Assembly: GCF_030144855.1 (NCBI RefSeq)
Contig: NC_082715.1
Location: 145,328,001 to 145,392,000, forward strand
Source: Hypanus sabinus
Taxonomy: Eukaryota
DNA: 64,000 bases
Direction: 5' to 3'
The first letter of the stretch is position 1; each line of letters opens with the position of its first letter. A model generated the notes under the pieces. The model did no database searches and had not been told where the DNA came from. It was given only the letters and a program-made list of their open reading frames with translations. Both the position numbers and the translations under genes were made by a program. Shown here piece by piece: positions 1-12,979 of this stretch.

Positions 1-619
1 CTTGCTCCCCTCTCGCAGTAGCCTGGGGTACATCTCATCTGGTGCCCTAACATTCCATAACCTCAGAGTAGACAAATACTTGGTTGATTGCTGTAGCTAA
101 ACGATGTTCTGCTTGTCAATCCACGGAACCAAAGCCTGCAACTGTTTCAGGTATATATTATTCCAAACTACTACTGAAATGGCTCCGGTTACAGTTCTTT
201 TAAGTCTTTCTTATCCAGAACAATTTCTCCATATCTATTTTTGGTTTTGTTTCGTATAGGGACTTTTAAAAGAAATGCCAACAATATTATCACCTGTTTG
301 TGAAAAGCGTACCATACCCTACAAATCAACAGAGGAAGTGAGATGAATCGCTAAGGTCTGGTTTATGTGATTTAGGAATCGCAAGAGGCACAAAAGAGCT
401 ATATAATTGTAATTCCGTTTTGCAGACATTTGGAAATGCAATCACCTCCTCCTATTGGTTGTATTAATTGGCTACCATGTGGCAAGCCTCCAAGTCGTTG
501 ATCTGTTACCTTGTAACCTCTGTCCATACCAGTAATGCTCAACCTACATTCTTTCATAGGTCTAATTGGACCTCGCTGCACAATAACCAAGCCTTGTCTT
601 GAAAACGCTAAAGAACAAG

Positions 620-1052
620 CATTAGTGGTCACTTTATTAGGTACGCCTGCACATCGGTTCCTTCATGCAGATATCTAATCAGTCAGTCATAAAGCAGCAA
701 GTTAATGAACATGCAGACAAGAGCAGCAGCTGTTGTTCAGACCAAACATCCGAATGTGGAAGAAATGTGATCTAAATTATTTTGAGCGTGGTATGAATGT
801 TTGTTCCAGACGGGATGCCTTGAGTATCTTAGAAATTGCGAGTCTCGTGCGATTTTCATACAATAATGTGCCTCGTGAGTTTATGTTCGTGGTCCTCTCC
901 TCCTACAGCTTATTCACTTCGAGGTTCGACGTATTGTGCGTTCAGAAATGCTCTTCTGCACAGACCTGGTGTAACGCGTGGTTAATTGAGCTACTGTCGC
1001 TTTTCTGTCGGCTTCAACCAGTTTGGCCATTCTCCCTTGAGCTCGCTCATTA
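620..1052. mobile_element. Tc1/mariner fossil (5' TIR plus transposase N-terminus, with the distal part inverted)
   Basis: TIR-like AGTGGTCACTTTATTAGGTAC at about 624. The + strand reads MWKKCDLNYFERGM..RRDALSILEIASL (Tc1 HTH). About 880-1050 reads on the - strand as INERAQGRMAKLVEADRKATVAQLTTRY..VQKSISERTIRR (second HTH). Paralog at 36003-36432. Confidence 0.8.
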
Positions 1053-2245
1053 ATTATTTTATTTTTTTTTTAATTTGCTTTTGTATCATTCTCTTAACCT
1101 CAAATAAAATTACCACTGACTGTATATGAAAGAGCACAGGACATTTCACAGAAAGCAGCCAGCTGAAAGCGGAAATCCAGGTAAATAAGCATGGACGGAC
1201 AGATATTACAGAGGCTTGCCTGCTGGACTATTTGGATTGGGACAAGAATGTTAAAGGTAACGTCGCATTCAGGAAGGTCAGGAAGATGATAAAATGCTCA
1301 AGGATTCGTTGATAATGAATGTTTAACACAAAGAAATGATGATGAATTGCCAATTTTCAGGGCACGGAGAGGAAGAAGTGGTCTGAAAAACAATAAAACA
1401 AAATTCTCCTGTGGTATATGAATCCTGGCAAGGTATTAGGGCAACCTGCATCCAACGAAACAATGGCTGTTTAACGTAATTGCACCTTCATGATTATTTG
1501 GAATTATACTTCAAACTAAAAAATTGGGTCAAGGTCTGTGAGGTGCTCGTTAAATATTTTGGGCTATTTTCGAATGACGTGTTCTCGCACCACCCAAAGG
1601 ACACTAAGAAGCGATTAGAGGCGGAGATTCCTTTGGAATCAGCTGCATTTTTATTTATCAGAGTATCAGGCAGGAGGGCCGAGGGGCCTACTTCGTATCC
1701 TAAATGTGACGTGTCAGGCGGATATTACTGAACAAGAAGTTTTTATTTTCATGAAGATCCATTTGATTCCTGGCCCCAGTCTCCCTCAATGCCATGTGAT
1801 TCCATATCTGCATCAAGAGAAATGGCAATTCAAAACCTCAAATAATCTCCATATTCAAGTGTCCACAGTGTAGCACATTGTGAATGTCACATTATATTGG
1901 TTCGTCATTTACGTCAGTAGGTGGAAATGTTGCATCACTTGATACCCATATTTGCTTCAGAGAATGGAAGAACCGGGCCCTGAACACATAATATAGCAGC
2001 GACTGCGCTCTGCATCAATTACCCAAAATGTATTCATTGGAGTCATTACTCCAGAATGAATGTTATCTTTTTCAAACTGATATCATGCAAACATCGGGAA
2101 ATATTACCGAGAGAACTCGGGCGATAATTGCTGCAACTGACATTTGGCGCTCGAGTTTGTAGGATAATTTCCGTGTAATGGCGAACATTCGACAGGATAT
2201 GCTAATGCAATCCTTCACAGCTCTCTGTGTTTTAAACAAAATTTA

Positions 2246-3847
2246 CATAGAAACATAGAAACTTAGAAAACCTACAGCACAATACAGGCCCTTCGGCCCA
2301 CAAAGTTGTGCCGCACACGTCCCTACATTACAAATTGCTAGGCTTACCTATAGCCCTCTATTTTGCTAAGCTCCATGTACCTATCTAGAACATTCTTAAA
2401 AGACCCCATCGTATCCGCCTCCACCACCATTGCCGGCAGCCCATTCCACGTACTCACCACTCTGAGTAAAAATCGTACCCCTGACATCACGTCTGTTCCT
2501 ACTCCCCAGCAACCTTAAACATGTGTCCTCTTCTGGCAACCTTTTCAGCCCTGGGAAAAAGACTCTGACTATCCACATGGTCAATGCCTCTCATCATCTT
2601 GTGCACCTCTATCAGATCACCTCTCATCGTCCTTCGCTCCAAGGAGAAAAGGCCGAGTTCACTCAACCTATTCTTATAAGGTTGCTCCCCAATCCAGGCA
2701 ACACCCTAGTAAATCTACTCTGCACCCTTTCAATGGCTTCCACATCCTTTCTGTAGTGAGGCGACCAGAACTGAGCACAGTACTCCAAATCGGGCCTGAC
2801 CAGGGTCCAATATATCTGCAACATACCGCTCGGCTCATAAATGCAATTCCACGACTGATGAAGGCCAATATACCATCCGCCTTCTTAACCACAGAGTCAA
2901 CCTACACAGCTACTTTGAGTATCCTATGGACTCGGACCCCAAAATCCCTCTGATGCTCCACACTGCCAAGAGTTATAACATTAATACGATATGCTGCCAT
3001 CCTATTTGACCTACCAAAATAACCACTTTTCACTTATCTGGGTTGAACTCCATCTGCCACTTCTCAGCTCCGTTTTGCATCCTATCAATGTCTCTCGGTA
3101 ATCTCTGACAATCCTCCACACTATCCACAGCACCTCCAACATTTATGTCATCTGCAAACTTACTAACCCATCCCTCCACTTCATCCAAATTATTTACAAA
3201 AATCACGAAGAGTAAGGGTCCCAGAACAGATCCTCCATGACCGTCCTCCATGCAGAATATGTCCCGTTTACAACCGTACTTTACCTTCTGTGGGCAAGCC
3301 AGTTCTAGATCCACAAAGTAGTGTCCCCATGGATCCCATGCTTCCTTACTTTCTCTATAAGCCTTGCAAAGGGTACCTTATCAAATGTCTTGCTGAAATC
3401 CATATACACTACATCTACTGATCTTCCTTCATCAATGCGTTTAGTCACATCCTCAAAAAGAATTCAATCAGACTCGTAAGGCAGCACCTGGCCTTTAGAA
3501 AGGCGTGCCGACTACTCCTAATCATATTATACATCAAAAATCCTGCCACTAGGGCTTTTCTCCAACATCTTACCAAGCACTGATGTAAGACTCGCTGGTC
3601 TATAATTTCCTGGTCTGTCACTTCTCCTTTTCGTCAATAACCTAACAACATCCGCAAACCGCCTGTCCTCCTGAACTTCCCCTTTCCCGATTGATGATGA
3701 GAAATTCATCACCAGAGGCAAAGCAATTTCTTCCCTTGCCTCCTACAGTAGCCTGTGGTACATTTTGTCCGGTCCCGGCAACTTGTACAAGTTGATGCTT
3801 TCCAAAAGCTCCAGAACATCCTCTTTCTTAAAATCTATATGCTCAAG
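2246..3847 (-). mobile_element. CR1 LINE 3' fragment (RT), ancestral insertion shared by the repeat units
   Basis: CATAGAAA-repeat tail at 2246. ORFs carry GSVLGPLLFVIFVNNLD, SKFADD and PGNYRPASLTS. The same left junction occurs at 37551. Confidence 0.85.
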
Positions 3848-4469
3848 TGGAGAAACTTCCGCTGAAAATCGGAAACTTTTTCAATCGATTTTCCAAGTAT
3901 CGTATTCCACTATGGCACTCCCTTCGTTCCCGCCACCCTCAGTGAAACGCTAAACAGTTGCATTGTCTGTCCATCATCACAGGCATTTCAGCTCATCTGT
4001 GCAGCCAACACATTAAATGCATTGTGGCAGTTAATCAACAAGGCGTCCTACGTTGACGTTATAAGCGTATAACATGTAACACAGGAAAGCTTTTACCCGA
4101 ACAGTTTAACACGATATTCTGTGGATTTTACTGATGATACTTTCCTTCTCAGCTTTCCTTATAACATTTCTGTATTCTCGCAATAATCAATTCGTTGTAA
4201 GCTAGTCTTTCTGTTCGCCTGTTGTCCATTAATCGCTTCGTATTTCTGGTAAGATGCAGCAATTCTCCCCGGACCTATTTCCGCCCATGGCAAACTCAAG
4301 CCCACAGTACTTCAGTCGCTTCTTCCCATTTTGATACACTGTTGGTTTATGCGTCCCCTATGCATTTGTATGTGGGGGGTGTAGTTTAGGGCTGTGTGGA
4401 ATTGAGCAAATGTCAGTGACAGTGAACCTGTGAATCGGTCATAAGTTGGTAAATTTTCAAATTGCTTAA

Positions 4470-4990
4470 ATGTTGTCACATGTACCGAGGTGCAGAGAAC
4501 AAACTGTTTTGCAGGTCATTCATGCAGATCAGTTTATCAGTGCATTGAGATAGCACAAGCGAGCAGAATAAAGTGTTACAGTTACAGGGAAGTGCAGTAC
4601 AGGTAGGCGGTAAGGTGTAAGGGCATATCGACGTAGATTGTCAGGCCAAGAGTCTGTCTGATCACAGTAGGGAAACATTCAGTGATCACATAACACCGAG
4701 ACAGACGCTGTCCTTGAGCCTGGTGGTATGTGCCTTTAAGGGTTTTGGATCTTCTGCCTGATCGGATGGGGGAGGAGAGAGAATGTCCGTGATGGTTGAC
4801 GTCTTTGCCTATATTGGCTGATTTGCCGAGGCAGCAAAAGTGTACACAGAATCCATGGAGAGGAGTTGCCTTCCGTGATGTGCTGAGCTCTATGCGCAAC
4901 TCTCTTTAGTTTATTTTAATTACCAGCAGAGCAGACACCATGCCCAGCCGTGATGCATCCAGACGGAATTCATCGATAAAAATTGCTGAA
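4470..4990 (-). mobile_element. L2/Rex-like LINE 3' fragment directly upstream of the cluster 1 promoter
   Basis: Paralogous to 22995-23530 and 40915-41365. Resembles the 3' end of the LINE at 58260-58988 (shared GCTGTcCtTGAgcC-type segment). Family call made by eye. Confidence 0.5.
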
Positions 4991-5054
4991 GTCAAAGTTA
5001 GAGCGCTTGTGAGCGCTCTTTGCCGTGACATCTACGTGGTTGGGCCAGGATAGG

Positions 5055-5195
5055 TTGTTGGTGACGTCCCCTCCACTGAACTTGAATTTCTCAACCCTCC
5101 CGAACCCAGCATCGTTTACATAGTTGCCCCGCCATTTCCTGAAACCAAGACCCAATTCATTCGTGAGTAGAGATCTGCATCAATATATATTTCAG
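5055..5195 (+). promoter_or_regulatory. Putative IgL promoter of cluster 1 (CRE-like, ETS, octamer-like, TATA-like)
   Basis: TGACGTCC 5062-5069, ATTTCCTG 5134-5141, ATCTGCAT 5173-5180 and AATATATAT 5182-5190. The same motifs occur in the same order upstream of cluster 2. Confidence 0.6.
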
Positions 5196-5296
5196 TGGCT
5201 TTGCAGTCTTCCACAGTTCTTAAGGAGCAGCTTCGAAAGCCCTGAACAGGACTTGTGTCCGAAAGCCTTTGACTTCTGATTCTTATCAGCTTCACC

Positions 5297-5345
5297 ATGG
5301 CTAAATGGGTCCTGGTTCTTTCCGCGTTTGCGTCCTGTTTGCTCA
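5297..5345 (+). pseudogene. IGLV: Ig lambda cluster 1 leader exon (donor destroyed)
   Basis: MAKWVLVLSAFASCLL, 49 nt as in clusters 2 and 3. It is followed by TTAGGT instead of GTAAGT. Confidence 0.9.
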
Positions 5346-5432
5346 TTAGGTAGAATACTTCAACCTTTATACTGTCCTTTATGTTGTGTTGGTACTTAAG
5401 GGTTTAAAATAATTATTTGTTACTTTCTCCAG

Positions 5433-5781
5433 CTGCAAACGCAGAGATGACTTTGACTCAGTCTCCGTCCGTATCAGCGACTCCGGGTAGAACTGTGAAA
5501 ATCAGTTGTACCATGTCAGGGGGGTAGCATCGACAGCTACTACACGAGCTGGTTCATGCGAAACCCGGCGGCGCCCCAGTTTTTGTGTTGCATGGAAGCT
5601 CCACAACAGGATCGGGAATTCCAGATCGATTCACCGGTTCCGTAGAGTCATCGAGCAACCAAATACATTTATCCATCACCAACGTGCAGTGGGAGGACGC
5701 CGTCGATTATTACTGTGGTGTCTGGGGATGTTAGCACGGACATATTCACCTTTCGGAGAGGAACCAAACTGAATTTCAATT
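5433..5781 (+). pseudogene. IGLV: Ig lambda cluster 1 germline-joined VJ exon, frameshifted
   Basis: [27 protein letters not shown]. An extra G at 5519-5524 gives TAG at 5525. There is a 1-nt deletion in FR2 (CAG>CG), an extra G in CDR3, and FGRG>FRRG. The J donor is GAAAGT at 5782. No RSS lies between V and J. Confidence 0.92.
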
Positions 5782-6469
5782 GAAAGTAAATATTTGTTGG
5801 GGTCTAATCACCGTTTGATTTTGTTTGTTTTTTTATTCGTTTGAACCTTGGAATAATATTATCAATCCTGATGCTTCGACCCGGCTTACAGGACGTTTCT
5901 CATTGTAACTTTACAATATGGCAGGCAGAAATCTAGCGCGTATGCATCCTGTTTGTTTGGTAGGGTTACTAAATTTAGCTGAAAACTATCTTCAAAACAA
6001 CTTCAGTTCATTGCCATAACATTTTTAAAATAGCTTCGTGAATTGATGCTTCGTGCCGTTAGCAAGTGTTTCTTAAAAGGTTCCCAGGGAACAGATGCAT
6101 TAAAATATATTCCCAACAGTTTGGACTTACACTAGACAACCGATGTGAGGTCGTGTTTAGTTAAAGGATCTGAATGCCAAACGTCTGGAATATATTTTAT
6201 TATTTTAAAAAAATATAAATTGCTGCTAATTTTACTTTACTTTGTGTGTATTATGTTGTGCACCTTGGTCTCCTAAAACGTTGTTACGTTTGACCGTATC
6301 CATGTATTCAGTTGACTGACAATAAACTTTGTCCTGAACCGGAAGCTTAATATGGACAAGAGCCGAGCTCTGCATGTTACCGAATTGCAATAGGGAACTT
6401 CTATTTCCTTCAGGCGGTAAAACAGAGGAACAGAATTAGGGAATACGACCCCACGAGTCTGCTCCATCG

Positions 6470-8220
6470 TTTGATCGTCGCTGGTATATTTTCTCCCAAG
6501 CTCATTCTCCTGACTTCTCCCCATAACCTTTGATGCCGTTTGCAAATCAAGAGACTATAAAACTCCGTTTTAAGTAAACCCAAAGGCTTGGTATCCACAG
6601 CCTCCTTTGGGACTAAATTCTACAGATTCACCACTTTACGGATAAATCAAATCCTCCCTATCTCTGTTCTAAAGTGCTGTCCGTATATTCAAAGGATTTT
6701 CTTTCGGGTCTGGCCTCTCGGAATATAGGAAGCATCCTCCCACTTGCACTCAGTCTAGCTCTTTCAGTATTCGATAGGGATCTAAGGGGGGAGAGTTAAT
6801 TTTTCACTATTCTAATATTCTCTTCAGTTTATGTAATTCTTCTTAAAAATTAATTAACAAATAAATAAATAGAAGTATTCGGTAGGTTAATGAGACTTCA
6901 TCCTCTACCTCTACCCACCCCCCCTCCCCGCCCCAATCATTCTTCTGAAATCCAGCGTGCACAAGCCCAGGGCCATCAAATGCTCCGTATACTTTAACTC
7001 TTTCATTGTCGGCATCTTTCCTGTAAGCCTGCTTTTGTCAGCACATCCTTTCTTTGATATGTGGTCCAGAACTGCACACTATACTCTAAATCTGCTCTGG
7101 CTATTGCCTTTTAAAACCTTAGCATTACATCCTTGCTTTTATATTCTACTCATCTCGAAATGAATACTAACTTTGCTTTTGCCTGCAAGTTAACATTTTG
7201 GGAATCCTGCAGGATGACTTCCGAGTCTCCTTGCACCTCCGATTTCTGAATTCGGTCTCCGGTTAGGAGAAGACTGTACCTTTATTCCTTCTACCATAGT
7301 CCACGGCCATGCAATTTCCTACACTGTACTCCATCTGTCACTTCTTTGCCCATTCACCTGATCCGTCAGGATCATTCTGCGGACTCCTACTGCCTCAACA
7401 CTGCCTACTCCTCCACCTGTCTTTGCATCATCCGCAAACGTGTCCACAAATCCGTAAATCCCGTCGTTCAGATCATTAACTTCCAGCCTGAAACGTAGCA
7501 GACTCAACACCGATCCTTGCAGAACACCACTAGTTACCGGTAGCCAACCAGAACAGATTATCCTCATGCTTTTCTCCTGCCGGTCAGCAAATGCTCCGTC
7601 TATGCCTGTGATAGCTTATGCTCTTATCGTGTTAAGCAGCCTGATGTGTGACACTTTGTCAATGGTCTTCTGAAAATCCAAGTCAATAACATCCACTGAT
7701 TCGTATTTGTATATCCTGCCTGGTATTTTCTCAAGGAATCTCAGCAGATTTAATAATTAAATTTCCCCTTAAGGGAACCATGCTGATCACGGCTTATTTT
7801 ATCGGATGCCACCTAGAAATTTCCTCCTTACTAATGGATTCTAGCAATCTCAATGTGTTTAAATTTCGATTAAACATCGATATGTTTACTAAGAAACTGA
7901 TTGACGTCAGACTAACTGTCCCATAATTTCCTGCATTTTGCGTCCCTCTCTTCTGAGAGTGTGGAGTAATATTTGTGATTTTCTTGTCCAGCGGACCCAT
8001 TGGCCCATTCTTGAAAGATCGTTACTAATGCCTCTCTAATCTATCCAATTACCGCCTTCAGAATTCTGGAGTGTGGTCCATCTAGTTTGTCGACTTATCT
8101 AACTTCAGATCTTTCAGCCTCCCAAGCTCCTTCTCGCTCGTCATAGCAACTACTATCACTTAGGTTTAACTTCCATTTAGGCCTAATTTCGAGTTTTCTT
8201 TTCTCAACTTGATCTTTTCA
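6470..8220 (-). mobile_element. Old CR1 fragments in the J-C intron of cluster 1
   Basis: WLPVTSGVLQGSVL..TFADDAKTGG. The same insertion is present in the introns of clusters 2 and 3, so it predates the duplications. Confidence 0.8.
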
Positions 8221-9538
8221 CGTGACTTGCGCTCCTCTTGTTCTATACCTATTAACCGGAAGTCATCAAGATTCTGGTGCTCCGTTCAAACTTCTACCCA
8301 ATTTGCCTTCAGCAAGATGCCACCCCAAAGCCCACCTAGGCCTCTCCAGTGTGTTTGACCTTCTGCGCCGTCTCAGTGTAAATGTCTCAGCTTTGATAAC
8401 AAATTATCACTCAGCCCACCTGTTTTGTTTACATTTCAATCTCTCCAAACCCGCAGGACACTGGGTATCTAATTTTTGTATACCTGCTCATTACTGTAGT
8501 AAGTGATTTTTCCTTGAATAACAACTCTGAGGTCTGAAACACTGGAAAATCGCTCCTTAGCATTTCTGACTTTCCGCCGCGTTTTCCTCCGAGATACTAC
8601 CGTAAAACGATTTCTTTGTAAATTTTGTTCTGTAGTCTTGATATCTTATTGTGTGAATGGGTTCAACTTTTCAAATCATTGAAAAAAAATCATTATGAAT
8701 ACATTGACTCAGATGTCCACATCTTCTGGATTTCATAGACCTCTGACAGTTGTTAACGGGTTTTCCTTCAGTGTGTATCACCCCGGTCCAAACAACCCTT
8801 TCGGAATTAATTGTGAGACTAAAAACTAAAAAATCCAGGTAGAAAACTATAAATGGTATTTTTTATTCCCATTACAATAGTTCCATGATTTTTAGCCAAT
8901 CACATTCCCTCCTTTACTGCGGCGAATCGCGCAATCTCCGAGGAGAGACAAAGACACAGTATGTCAATCAAATCCACCGCCATATCTCTTCCTTTTTACG
9001 TAAATAGCTGCGACGACATTTCGGAGTTTTGCCACGCGCTTTGCCATATCCCTTTCCGGGTTTCTTATTGGTTCTATGATTAAAGTCTTTACGATTTAAC
9101 ACCATGGACCATGGCAATAATCTGTCACGATGTTAACTATGTATAGTTACATCAGATTGGATCGGCGTACCATGGGATATATAAAGTATATCTTACGTAT
9201 ATTAGAGAGTATTTCACGAATAGAGGTTTCTGTCAGCGAAGCTTCTCCAGTCGGATTTTCTTTTGCCAGTCTATCAAAATTTGTTATTTTCTTGCTTTGA
9301 ATTTTGCTATTATGAAAAACCCTCTTTTTCCTTTACTTTGTAGCTATTTCTAGTGTTCATGATATATTTGCCTTTGATGCATTTGTGGAAGATCAAAACA
9401 CATTAATGAGATTCAGTTGTGCCCGGGTTCTCATGCGTTCTGACCTTTATGGTTCTAAAATAATTGAAAAAAGACAAAGTTTGATTCTAATTTATATCAA
9501 TTAATAACTCATCTCCCTGCACTTCTTTCTATTTACAG

Positions 9539-9861
9539 GTCCGCGAAAACCCGCCGTATCCGTCCTCCGACCATCTGCGGAAGAAATTTGGGGACAGGGC
9601 ACCGCCACACTGGTGTGTTTAGTGAGCGGGTTTAATCCGGCCGCTGTGAATATCGAGTGGACTGTGGACGGCAGTACGAGAAGGAATGGCGTTGAGACCA
9701 GCCGGATCCAGCAGGACGCCGACAACACGTTCAGTGCGAGCAGTTACCTGACTCTGCCAGCCTCAGACTGGAACTCACACGAGCGTTACTCCTGCGTGGA
9801 TAAACATGAGACTCAGGCAACCCCATATCAAACAAAAATCGCGTGATCCAGCTGTATGTAA
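9539..9861 (+). pseudogene. IGLC: Ig lambda cluster 1 constant exon with premature stop
   Basis: Acceptor at 9537-9538. Reads (S)PRKPAVSVLRPS..CLVSGFNP..EWTVDG..YSCVDKH. CGA>TGA at 9844-9846 removes SSCM, including the inter-chain Cys. Confidence 0.92.
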
Positions 9862-9890
9862 TACAACATGTTTAGAGGCTGTTTCTTTAA

Positions 9891-9896
9891 AATAAA
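9891..9896 (+). terminator. Poly(A) signal, cluster 1
   Basis: AATAAA about 30 nt after the ancestral stop, conserved in all three clusters. Confidence 0.7.
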
Positions 9897-10438
9897 ACAA
9901 ACGAATTTCAGCTACAGATGTTAAATTTGCGATTGTCGCTGACACATTTTTCAACCGGGAGAAAACAGGCATTGCGTCCTGGTGGACGTTCTTAAACAGC
10001 ATTCGTTCTGAAATTCATATCGTCCATGTAATTTTATCCCGAAGTAATTAAAATCTATGCCATCTCCTGTGGCGTTTTTGCCTTGATCAATATTACCGAC
10101 AAGAGCATCATTTTTCAAACGTTTGCGTAGATAGTGAACGTGATCAAACTTTGGCCATCCATGAAATAAAATAGACAAAATAGACATTGTGCTAGTACTT
10201 GGGTATATTTTCTTCCTGAAGAAATCATATTCACTATGGCTACATCAGAACAAGTGGTGTAATTACTTGTCAGCGAAATTTACATACATAATAAAAGAAA
10301 TCCTGATACCGCCTTTATTTGAACATCGTGCGTAAATTCAATTTCCAATTTTAGCATTGTATTCTTCATGGAAATGGTTTTACTACAGCTGGTCATATTC
10401 AGGGAGACACGGGCTTCTGTATCCTTTGTCAGCAGCGG

Positions 10439-12975
10439 GAGAAGAAGTTTTTCCTTAACTGTGCCCTAAATGACCTACCCCTTATTCTCAAGCCATGCCC
10501 TCTGGTACTGGACTCTCCCAGCATCTGGAACATATTTCCTGTCTCTATCTTGTCCAATCCCTTAATAATCTTATATGTTTCAATCAGATCCCCTCTCAAT
10601 CTCATTAATTCCAGCGTGTACAACCCAGTCTCTCTAACCTCTCGGCGTAAGACAGTCCAGACATCCCAGGAATTAACCTCGTGAATCTACGCTGCACTTC
10701 CTCTACAGCCAGGATGTCCTTCCTTAACTGTACACAAAACTGTACACAATACTCCAGGTGTGGTCTCACCAGGGCTCTGTACAAATGCAAGAGGATTTCT
10801 TTGCTCTTGTACTCAATTCCCTTTGTAATAAAGGCCAACATTCCATTAGCCTTCTTCACTGCCTGCTGCACTTGCTCATTCACCTTCAGTGACTGATGAA
10901 CAAGGACTCCGAGATCTCTTTGTATTTCTCCTACCCAACCCTACACCGTTCAGATAAAAATCTGCCTTCCTGTTCTTAATCCCAAAGTGGATAACCTCAC
11001 ACTTATTCACATTAAACGCCATCTGCCAAGTATCTGCCCATTCACCCCGCCTATCCAAGTCACCCGGAATTCTCCTAACATCCTCATCACATGTCACACT
11101 GCCACCCAGCTTAGTATCATCAGCAAATTTGCTGATGTTATTTTCTATGCCTTCATCCAAATCGTTAACGTAAATTGTAAACAGCTGTGGTCCTAATAAC
11201 GAGCCCTGTGGCACCCCACTAGTCACCACCTGCCATTCCGAGTAACACCCATTCACCGCTACCCTTTGCTTTCTATCTGCCAACCAGTTTTCTATCCATG
11301 TCAATGTCTTCCCCCCCCCAATGCCCTGAGCTTTGATTTTACCCACCAATCTCCTATGTGGGACCTTATCAAATGCCTTCTGAAAATCGAGGTACACTAC
11401 ATCCACTGGATCTCCCCCGTCTAACTTCCTGGTTACATCGTCGAAAAACTCCAACAGATTAGTCAAGCATGATTTACCCTTGGTATATCCATGCTAGCTC
11501 GGCCCAGTCCTATCACTGTTATCTAGATATGCCACTATTTCATCCTTAATAATGGACTCTAGCATCTTCCCCACCACCGATCTCAGGCTGACAGGTCGAT
11601 AGTTCTCCGTTTACTCCCTCCCTCCTTTCTTAAAAAGTGGGATAACATTAGCCATTCTCCAATCTTCAGGAACTGATCCTGAATCTAAGGGACATTGGAA
11701 AATGATTACCAATGCATCCGCAATTTCCAGGGCCACCTCAATTAGTACCCTAGGGTGCAGACCATCTGGACCTGGGGATTTGTCAGCCTTCAGTCCCATC
11801 AGTCTACTCATCACCGTTTCCATCCTAATGTCAATCTGTTTCATTTCCTCTGTTACCTTATGTCCTTGGCCCATCCATACATCTGGGAGATTGCTTGTGT
11901 CTTCCTTAATGAAAACAGATCTGAAGTACTCATTAAATTCTTCTGCCATTTCTCTGTTTCCCATAACAATTTCACCCAATTCATTCTTCAAGGGTCCAAC
12001 ATTGTCCTTAACTATCTTCTTTCTCTTCACATACCTAAAAAAGCTTTTGCTACCTTCCTTTATATTCCTGGATAGCTTGCGTTCGTACCTCATTTTTTCT
12101 CCCCGTATTGTCTTTTTAGTTAAGTTCTGTTGTTCCTTAAAAACTTCCCAATCATCTGTCCTCCCACTCACCTTAGCTCTGTCATATTTCCTTTTTTAAT
12201 GCTATGCAATCTCTGACTTCCTTTGTCAACCACTGTGGCCCCTTTCCCCCCTTTGAATCTTTCCTTCTCTGGGGGATGAACTGATTTTGCACCTTGTGCA
12301 TTATTCCCAAGAATACCTGCCATTGCTGTTCCACTGTCTTTTCTGCTAGGCTATCCGTCCAGTCACCTTCGGCCAGCTTCTCCCTCATTGGCTCCATCGT
12401 TTCCACTGTTCATCTGCAACACTGACACCTCCGATCTGCCCTTGTCCTTCTCAAATTGCAGATAAAAACTTCTCATATTATGATCACTACCTCCTAATGG
12501 CTCCTTTACTGCAAGATCGCTTATCAAATCCTGTTCATTACATAACACTAAATCCAGAATAGTCTTGTCCCTGGTCGGTTCTCATACAAGCTGTTCCAAG
12601 AATGCATCCCGCAGGCACTCTACAAACTCCCTATCCTGTGGTCCAGCACCAACCTGATCCTCCCAGTTCACCTGCATGTTGAAATTCCCCCATAACTACT
12701 GTGACATTACCTTTGCCACATGCCAATGTTAACTCCCTATTCAATTTGCACCCAATATTCATGCTACTGTTTGGTGGCCTATAGACAACAGCCTTTTGGG
12801 ACCTTTTGCCCTTACTGTTCCTCAGTTCTATCCACACAGACTCTACTTCTCCTGACCCTATGTCCCCCCTTGCAAAGGACTGAATCTCATTCCTCACCAA
12901 CAGGGCCACCCCACCCCCTCTGACCACATTTCTGTCCCTACGATAGCACGTATACCCTTGTACATTCCTCTTGTA
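10439..12975 (-). mobile_element. CR1 LINE ORF2 (APE plus RT) fragment, truncated at both ends
   Basis: ORFs with GGGVALLV/VVYRPPNSS (APE), KSPGPDGLHPRVL, YLDFQKAFDKVPH, SGVPQGSLLGP and SKFADD. No 3' tail is present. Confidence 0.92.
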
Positions 12976-12979
12976 CCCT

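Noticed and set aside
60-632. Minus-strand ORF-like stretch (GPIRPMKECRLSITGMDRGY) as a gene or viral fossil
   Set aside because: No recognisable family. The ORF starts inside the Tc1 TIR, and downstream frames break with stops. Persistence in the paralog is expected from recent duplication.
1864-1870. CACAGTG heptamer as an RSS
   Set aside because: There is no nonamer at 12 or 23 nt, no adjacent gene segment, and the unit 3 paralog reads TACAGTG.
5519-5530. Cluster 1 defects as mere homopolymer sequencing errors
   Set aside because: Two lesions are G-run insertions, but the donor substitutions, the FR2 deletion and the CGA>TGA stop are not homopolymer-type.
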